A stretch of DNA of 64,000 bases, taken from contig CAYYUZ010000003.1 of NCBI GenBank assembly GCA_964475005.1, positions 3,500-67,499 on the forward strand, given 5' to 3'. The translations under genes were made by a program, and so were the position numbers. Shown piece by piece: positions 58,808 through 64,000 of the stretch (position 1 is the first letter of the stretch; each line of letters starts with the position of its first letter). The notes beneath the pieces are model-generated. The model ran no database searches and was not told the DNA's origin. It was given only the letters and a program-made list of their open reading frames with translations. Source of the DNA: an uncultured Spirochaetales bacterium (GTDB lineage Bacteria > Spirochaetota > Spirochaetia > JABEVK01).

Positions 58808-60454
58808 GTGAGCGAAACACACACCGCCACCCACGGCCATAACTCTCCCTACCCTGCCTGGACCGAGTGGCTGTTCACCACTGACGCCAAGAAGATCGGC
58901 ATGGTCTACATGATCATGGCCTTCATCTACTTCTTTGTGGGGGGAATCTGCGCAGGGGCCATCCGTATCCAGTTGGCCACACCAACGATGAACTTCGTCG
59001 ACGGGGTCACCTACAACGGACTTGTCTCGATGCACGGCACGGTCATGATCTTCTTGTGGGTCATGCCTTTCATCGCCGGCATCATCAACTTCGTGATGCC
59101 CTTGCAGATCGGCGCCCGCGATATGGCCTTTCCGCGGCTCAACGCCATGGGCTTGTGGCTGTTCAACGCCGGAGCCTTGGTGCTGATGGCCACCTTCCTT
59201 CTTGGCATGCCGCAGGCCGGATGGACCAGCTACGCGCCGCTCTCCACCCTCGACAAGAAAGAGATCGGCATGGACCTTTGGATTCTGGGCATTCAGCTTC
59301 TTGGCGTCAGTTCGATCATGTCGGGCCTCAACTTCATCGTGACCATCTTGCGGCTTCGGGCTCCGGGAATGACGATTTTCCGCATGCCTCTTTTCGTGTG
59401 GTCGAGTCTTGTCGTTGGCTGGCTGATGATTCTGGCCATGCCCGCCATCGCTGTTACCCTGCTTGAAGTCTTGCTGGAGCGGCACTTTGGCTTCACCTTC
59501 TTCGGTCCAGCGCACGGCGGAGACCCCATCCTCTACCAGCACTTGTTCTGGTTCTTCGGGCATCCCGAAGTCTACATTCTGATCATGCCGGCCTTCGGCA
59601 TCATCAGCGAGGTCATTCCCGTGTTCAGCCGCAAGCCGATCTTCGGGTACAAGCTGATGGCGTGGTCGATGATCCTCATCGCGTTCCTCAGCTTTTTGTT
59701 GTGGGCCCACCATATGTTTGCCTCGGGCATGGACCCGCGGCTCACCCTCCCCTTCATGATTCTGACCATGATCATCGGTGTGCCAACCGGCGTGAAGATG
59801 TTCAACTGGATGGCCACGATGTGGAAGGGAAAACTCTACCTCGACACTCCCATGATCTTCGCTCTCGGCTTTCTGATCACCTTCGCCATTGGCGGCTTCG
59901 GCGGCATCATTCTGGCTTCGATTCCCATCGACCTGCACATCACCAACACCTACTTCGTTGTCGGGCATATGCACTATGTGCTCTTCGGCGGCTCGGTCAT
60001 GGCCATTTTTGCCGCGGTGTACTTTTGGTTCCCCAAGATGACGGGGTACAAGCTCAACGAAAAACTGGGCATCTGGCACTTTGTCTTCACCTTCATCGGC
60101 TCGAACGTCACCTTTTTGCCCATGCACTGGCTGGGGATGCTGGGAATGCCGCGGCGGGTCTTGACCTACGCCGCCATCTACGCCAGCGACAACCTGATGG
60201 CGACCATTGGTGGTTTCATCATGGGGCTGGCTCAGCTTATCCTTGTCTGGAACTGGTGGATCACCCTCAAAAAGAAGGAGCGCTGCGAGGAGAATCCCTG
60301 GCGGTCCAAGGGTCTCGAATGGACGCACGCCAGCTCGCCGCCCCGTCCAGACAACTTTGAAGAGATCCCCACGGTAGACTGGGAACCCTACGACTACGGC
60401 CTTCCGGCCCCGGCACAAGCCGCCAAAGTGAAGGAGGCCAAGGCTCATGGCTGA
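58808..60454 (+). CDS. coxA: Cytochrome c oxidase subunit I
   Basis: 548 aa, 12 TM helices, heme-copper oxidase His ligands (WFFGHPEVY, HHMF). Confidence 0.9.
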   Translation: MSETHTATHGHNSPYPAWTEWLFTTDAKKIGMVYMIMAFIYFFVGGICAGAIRIQLATPTMNFVDGVTYNGLVSMHGTVMIFLWVMPFIAGIINFVMPLQIGARDMAFPRLNAMGLWLFNAGALVLMATFLLGMPQAGWTSYAPLSTLDKKEIGMDLWILGIQLLGVSSIMSGLNFIVTILRLRAPGMTIFRMPLFVWSSLVVGWLMILAMPAIAVTLLEVLLERHFGFTFFGPAHGGDPILYQHLFWFFGHPEVYILIMPAFGIISEVIPVFSRKPIFGYKLMAWSMILIAFLSFLLWAHHMFASGMDPRLTLPFMILTMIIGVPTGVKMFNWMATMWKGKLYLDTPMIFALGFLITFAIGGFGGIILASIPIDLHITNTYFVVGHMHYVLFGGSVMAIFAAVYFWFPKMTGYKLNEKLGIWHFVFTFIGSNVTFLPMHWLGMLGMPRRVLTYAAIYASDNLMATIGGFIMGLAQLILVWNWWITLKKKERCEENPWRSKGLEWTHASSPPRPDNFEEIPTVDWEPYDYGLPAPAQAAKVKEAKAHG

Positions 60455-61268
60455 TTCCAAACCGCACTACACCCACCTGGGGCACTCCAACCCCTGGCCC
60501 TTTGTCGCGTCTCTGGGCCTGATGATCGGCGTCTTCGGCCTGCTGTTCACCATGTACAAGAACCCCGTTGGCTGGATGTTTGTGACCATTGGCGGCGGGC
60601 TGTTCCTCATTGCCGTGTTCACCTGGCTAACCACCATGGTCCGGGAAGACATCGGCGAGGCCACCGAACACACAGTTCCCGAGTTCCCCAGCATCGGAAA
60701 GTGGATGGTCGGGTTCCTCATCCTTTCGGAAGTCTTTCTGTTTGGGGCTCTATTCGCCACCTACTTCTACCTGCGCAACCACGACCAGGTTTATACCCAG
60801 AGTCTTTTGCACTACTACGAAGTCAATGGCGAAGTGTTCCAGATTTGGGGTCTTGTGCCCATTCTCAACACAATCTTTCTTGTGTCGAGTTCGGTCACTG
60901 TGCACTTTGCCGAAGAGGCGTTGCGCCACGGCAAGGCCAAAGTCTTTCAGATTTTGATGGCCATTACCGTGGTTCTCGGCGCGTTGTTCGTCGGCGGCCA
61001 GGCGTTTGAGTATTGGAACTTCTCGGTCAACGAGCATTTCACGCCTCAGACAAGCACCTTCGGGGGCACGTTCTACACGCTGACCACCCTGCACGGCATG
61101 CACGTCTTTGCGGGCGTAATCGTGCTCACCAGCCTGCTTGTCGGGTCGTTCTTCAAGAGCCTGAGCCCCAAACGCCACGTGGCGCTGACCGTGGCTTCGG
61201 TGTACTGGCACTTTGTCGACGTGATTTGGATCATCCTGGTGTGCGTGATCTACCTGCGTTTGATTTAG
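60447..61268 (+). CDS. coxC: Cytochrome c oxidase subunit III
   Basis: 273 aa, 7 TM helices, overlaps the coxA stop. Confidence 0.85.
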   Translation: MADSKPHYTHLGHSNPWPFVASLGLMIGVFGLLFTMYKNPVGWMFVTIGGGLFLIAVFTWLTTMVREDIGEATEHTVPEFPSIGKWMVGFLILSEVFLFGALFATYFYLRNHDQVYTQSLLHYYEVNGEVFQIWGLVPILNTIFLVSSSVTVHFAEEALRHGKAKVFQILMAITVVLGALFVGGQAFEYWNFSVNEHFTPQTSTFGGTFYTLTTLHGMHVFAGVIVLTSLLVGSFFKSLSPKRHVALTVASVYWHFVDVIWIILVCVIYLRLI

Positions 61269-61280
61269 CCGCCCCTTAAG

Positions 61281-61325
61281 AAATGTGACAGGATTTCAAG
61301 ATTTGCAGGATTGACTGGATAGAGG
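61281..61325. repeat. GACAGGAT-family element, short copy C (end motif only)
   Basis: AAATGTGACAGGATTTCAAGATTTGCAGGATTGACTGGAT, 13 nt after the coxC stop. Confidence 0.5.
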
Positions 61326-61331
61326 AAAAAG

Positions 61332-61362
61332 AGAGGAGGCCTTGAGGGCCTCCTTTTTTGTT
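61332..61362. terminator. Rho-independent terminator (bidirectional candidate)
   Basis: GAGGAGGCC-ttga-GGGCCTCCTTTTTTG; A-run on the other side also allows termination of the convergent FMN-reductase gene. Confidence 0.7.
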
Positions 61363-61373
61363 CACCAGAAACT

Positions 61374-61940
61374 TTAGCCCCTTCTCATCGGCTCTAGGGC
61401 GATAGCCCATTTTTCTAGAGCGGCCAGCATGGTCAGCGCTGCCTTGTTCTGTTCCTCCGTGGGCTTGAACTGGCCGCTGGCGTCAACAAACTGACGGTAG
61501 AACGGCAAATACACGGCTTCTGAGATCGGCATCATGTTGAGCGCCGTCAAGACCGGTTTCATCATCTGAATCGAACGGCTCCCTCCCGCGACGCCGCCGT
61601 AGCCGACAAAGGCGACGGGTTTGTGCTTCCACTCGTGAAACAGGTAGTCGATGGCGTTCTTGAACACTGCGGTGAATCCGTAGTTGTACTCGGTGGCGAT
61701 GACGACGAACGCGTCGGCGTTGTCGATGGTCTTGCTCCAGGCCTTGGTGTGGTCTTGCGTGTACAGACGTTTCGTGGGGTGTTCCGGCTCGTCGAGGAAC
61801 GGAAGGTTCACCTTGGCCAAATCAAGAATCTCCACGTCAAAGGCGGGCAGGGTCTTGGCCAAGCCCTCGATCCACCCGGCAAACAGCGGGCTGACGCGAC
61901 CGGGTCGGGTCGAAGTAATCAGAATCTTCAAGCGAATCAT
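61374..61940 (-). CDS. NAD(P)H-dependent FMN reductase family protein
   Basis: 188 aa flavodoxin-like fold; N-terminus KILIITSTRPGR and family size. Confidence 0.7.
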   Translation of the reverse strand: MIRLKILITSTRPGRVSPLFAGWIEGLAKTLPAFDVEILDLAKVNLPFLDEPEHPTKRLYTQDHTKAWSKTIDNADAFVVIATEYNYGFTAVFKNAIDYLFHEWKHKPVAFVGYGGVAGGSRSIQMMKPVLTALNMMPISEAVYLPFYRQFVDASGQFKPTEEQNKAALTMLAALEKWAIALEPMRRG

Positions 61941-61984
61941 GCAGGTCTCCTCCTGTTCAATCTACGAAGGAAAGCCTGCGGGAG

Positions 61985-62010
61985 GAAGCGACAGGATGAC
62001 GGGATTTTCT
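61985..62010. repeat. GACAGGAT-family element, short copy D
   Basis: GCGACAGGATGACGGGATTTTCTAG is near-identical to the left end of copy A; it sits in the divergent promoter region. Confidence 0.5.
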
Positions 62011-62116
62011 AGTCCTCTGGGTCCCCCCTGATTGACCCAGGTAGGGTTCAAGCAGAAAATGTTCCAAAGCCCATCAGGAGCGTTCTCTGACCAAGCCCAC
62101 CTATCAGCTTCACCTG

Positions 62117-63421
62117 TTGAAACTCACTTGGCCGATCTTCATCGAAGGGATGACGGGAGGTTTGGTCACCCTGACCGACATTTGGTTCCTGAGCCACATT
62201 TCCGATGAAGTCGCCGCTTCGGTGGGCATGGTGGGGGCCATCCTGACCTTGGGGTACTTTGTCCTTCCTCAGTTCACCTCGGCCGGGGGCAGCGTGGCAG
62301 CGCAGTATCTGGGGGCCAAGAAAGACGAATACGCGACGCCCACCTATGTGGCGACCCTGGTCCTGGGGTTGGTCCTAGGAGGACTGCTTACCTTGGGAAT
62401 TGGTCTGGGCGCAGGGAATCTCGGAACTTGGCTTGGACTGGACCCGGCGGGGAACGAGTATTCCCGGCAGTACCTGAGTGTCATTGCTTTCAATTTCATC
62501 GTTGTGGGACTGCGGTCCTCGTACTGGGCCATCTTATCGGCCAATACCCTCACCAAATGGAACATGGCCTCGGCCATCGTCACAGACGTCCTCAACATCC
62601 TGCTCTGTTATCTGTTCATCAACGGTGGGGGCCCTATCCCCAAGTTAGGGATCTCAGGGGTTGCGCTGGCCACCCTTTTGGCCTACCTCACAGGTTTTGG
62701 TGTCTATTTCTACTTGGTCCACTTTCGACTCAGGGTCAGTTTCGGTCTGAAGAAATGGGTGGGAAAGATCCGCCAGGTGTGGGGGCCCATCTTGAGAGTC
62801 GGGCTGCCGTCCGCGATGGAGCCGTTCAGCTGGACCGTGCAGAACTTTGTAGTGAGCATCATCATCATCCACCTGGGGGTTCCGGCCATGAGCGCGAACA
62901 CCTACGTTCTGCGGCTCATCTTTCTCGACCTCACCGCCAGTTGGGCGCTGACCTCGGCGGGCCAAATTATCATCAGCCATCAGTTCGGTGCCAGGAACCT
63001 CGACGAGGTCCACAAGACCTACCTACGGATCGTCAGGTATTCCATGATATTCGCCTTCGTCAATCTTCTTCTGTACCTGGCCTTCAGCGATGCCCTCTTG
63101 TCCATCTTCACCCACGACCCTCAGATCAAGCAGATCGCTTTTTGGCTTCTGTTTCTCAGTGTGTTTATCGAGCCGATCAGAGCGATCAATATTCTGGGGG
63201 GAATCGCTCTCAAGACCGTAGGCGACGGTAGATTCTCGGTCACCATGGCTATGGTCTTCATGTGGGGTCTGATCCCCGTTCTTCTGCTTGCCTCGCTTTG
63301 GGGATGGGGGATTGTCGGCTTCTGGTGCTGTCTGTTGTTCGATGAGACTGTGCGGGCCGCCCTCAACCTTTGGCGTTGGCTTCAGGGAAAATGGCGGAAG
63401 AATTCGGTGATTGGGACCTGA
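62117..63421 (+). CDS. MATE-family efflux transporter
   Basis: 434 aa, 12 TM helices, MatE-like N-terminus (WPIFIEGMTGGLVTLTDIWFLSHIS). Confidence 0.7.
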   Translation: MKLTWPIFIEGMTGGLVTLTDIWFLSHISDEVAASVGMVGAILTLGYFVLPQFTSAGGSVAAQYLGAKKDEYATPTYVATLVLGLVLGGLLTLGIGLGAGNLGTWLGLDPAGNEYSRQYLSVIAFNFIVVGLRSSYWAILSANTLTKWNMASAIVTDVLNILLCYLFINGGGPIPKLGISGVALATLLAYLTGFGVYFYLVHFRLRVSFGLKKWVGKIRQVWGPILRVGLPSAMEPFSWTVQNFVVSIIIIHLGVPAMSANTYVLRLIFLDLTASWALTSAGQIIISHQFGARNLDEVHKTYLRIVRYSMIFAFVNLLLYLAFSDALLSIFTHDPQIKQIAFWLLFLSVFIEPIRAINILGGIALKTVGDGRFSVTMAMVFMWGLIPVLLLASLWGWGIVGFWCCLLFDETVRAALNLWRWLQGKWRKNSVIGT

Positions 63422-63522
63422 AGGACCTCGAGCCGCGGCTCAGTGGACTAACCCGATTTGACAAAGATTCCCATCCGATTCAGGATGGAAGCCTGATACA
63501 ACCACGTTTCTCAGGAGTCACG

Positions 63523-64000
63523 ATGCCACGCCCCATGAAACCGTCCACCCTATCGATCATTGTCTTGACAGGCGTCGTCCTGGGGGCCGTCGGCTACTTG
63601 TTCGGGACGTTGATGACCTCGGCCTCGGGACCAGCAGTCAAAACCGCGCAGGGTCCGGGGGCCGTCTATGACACCCCTGTGCCGATTGCTGATTTCACCC
63701 TCGCCGATCAAACCGGCCAGCCGTTCACGTTTTCCTCAGCTCGAGGAAAGGTCGTTGTCATGGCGTTTTTGTTCACCCACTGCGGCGACGTGTGCCCGTT
63801 CAGCGCCATCAAGATGCGCCAAACTTTGGAACAACTGGGAGAGGCCGGCAAGAACGTGGTGCTCGTGGTGGTCGACACCGACCCCGAACGCGATACAGTT
63901 CCGGTGCTGGCCGGCTACAGCCGTGAGCTTGGGCTTTTCGACAAGTGGCACATGGTCACGGGTCCCCTGGCGACGATGCAGAAGCTGTACCAGACCCTCA
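63523..64000 (+). CDS. SCO1/SenC copper chaperone (partial, runs off window end)
   Basis: CAGGAG RBS, N-terminal TM anchor, thioredoxin-like CGDVCP motif (CxxxCP). There is no stop within the window, so it is absent from the ORF track. Confidence 0.7.
   Translation, partial: MPRPMKPSTLSIIVLTGVVLGAVGYLFGTLMTSASGPAVKTAQGPGAVYDTPVPIADFTLADQTGQPFTFSSARGKVVVMAFLFTHCGDVCPFSAIKMRQTLEQLGEAGKNVVLVVVDTDPERDTVPVLAGYSRELGLFDKWHMVTGPLATMQKLYQTL

Overview
High-GC (by eye about 60-65%) bacterial chromosomal segment, densely coding, mostly housekeeping and metabolic operons. In order along the window: (1) two tandem, overlapping DUF115/MptE-like paralogs, an ABM-like protein and a membrane-anchored degenerate-GGDEF-like protein; (2) a minus-strand gldA-gldF-gldG-DUF4340 ABC operon preceded by rnz; (3) a glycine riboswitch with intrinsic terminator followed by gcvT-gcvH-gcvP; (4) a birA-bioY-ecfA-ecfT biotin uptake operon with a palindromic BirA-box over the birA start; (5) a DUF445 protein and a secreted protein; (6) dnaE, whose start codon is buried in a perfect 17-bp hairpin/palindrome and which is preceded by GAGCGAAGCGA direct repeats; (7) an SBBP beta-propeller secreted protein, yggT and recG; (8) an AT-richer roughly 5 kb island (cupin, internally deleted aldo-keto reductase pseudogene, AdhR-like MerR regulator, Zn-ADH, DHA2 MFS pump) ending in a degenerate 40-57 bp tandem repeat array and a CACGGAT direct/inverted repeat cluster; (9) a PilZ-like protein, an MBL-GH20 hexosaminidase-HIT operon, and OsmC/DUF3224/beta-lactamase-like genes; (10) a dppABCDF-type peptide ABC operon; (11) a TatT-TRAP (TPAT) transporter; (12) mnmA; (13) a complete mevalonate-pathway operon (mvaS-fni-mvaA-[hybrid PAS histidine kinase]-mvaD-pmk-mvk); (14) an aa3-type cytochrome oxidase operon coxBAC with a downstream partial SCO1/SenC, an FMN reductase and a MATE pump. 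A family of short GACAGGAT-cored, MITE/REP-like repeats occurs four times, including inside the peptide ABC operon and between convergent genes. No CRISPR array, rRNA or tRNA was recognised. Nothing that looks like a classic defence island was found. The features most worth a second look are regulatory RNA and operator elements, the repeat families, the acquired island, and the sensor kinase embedded in the mevalonate operon.
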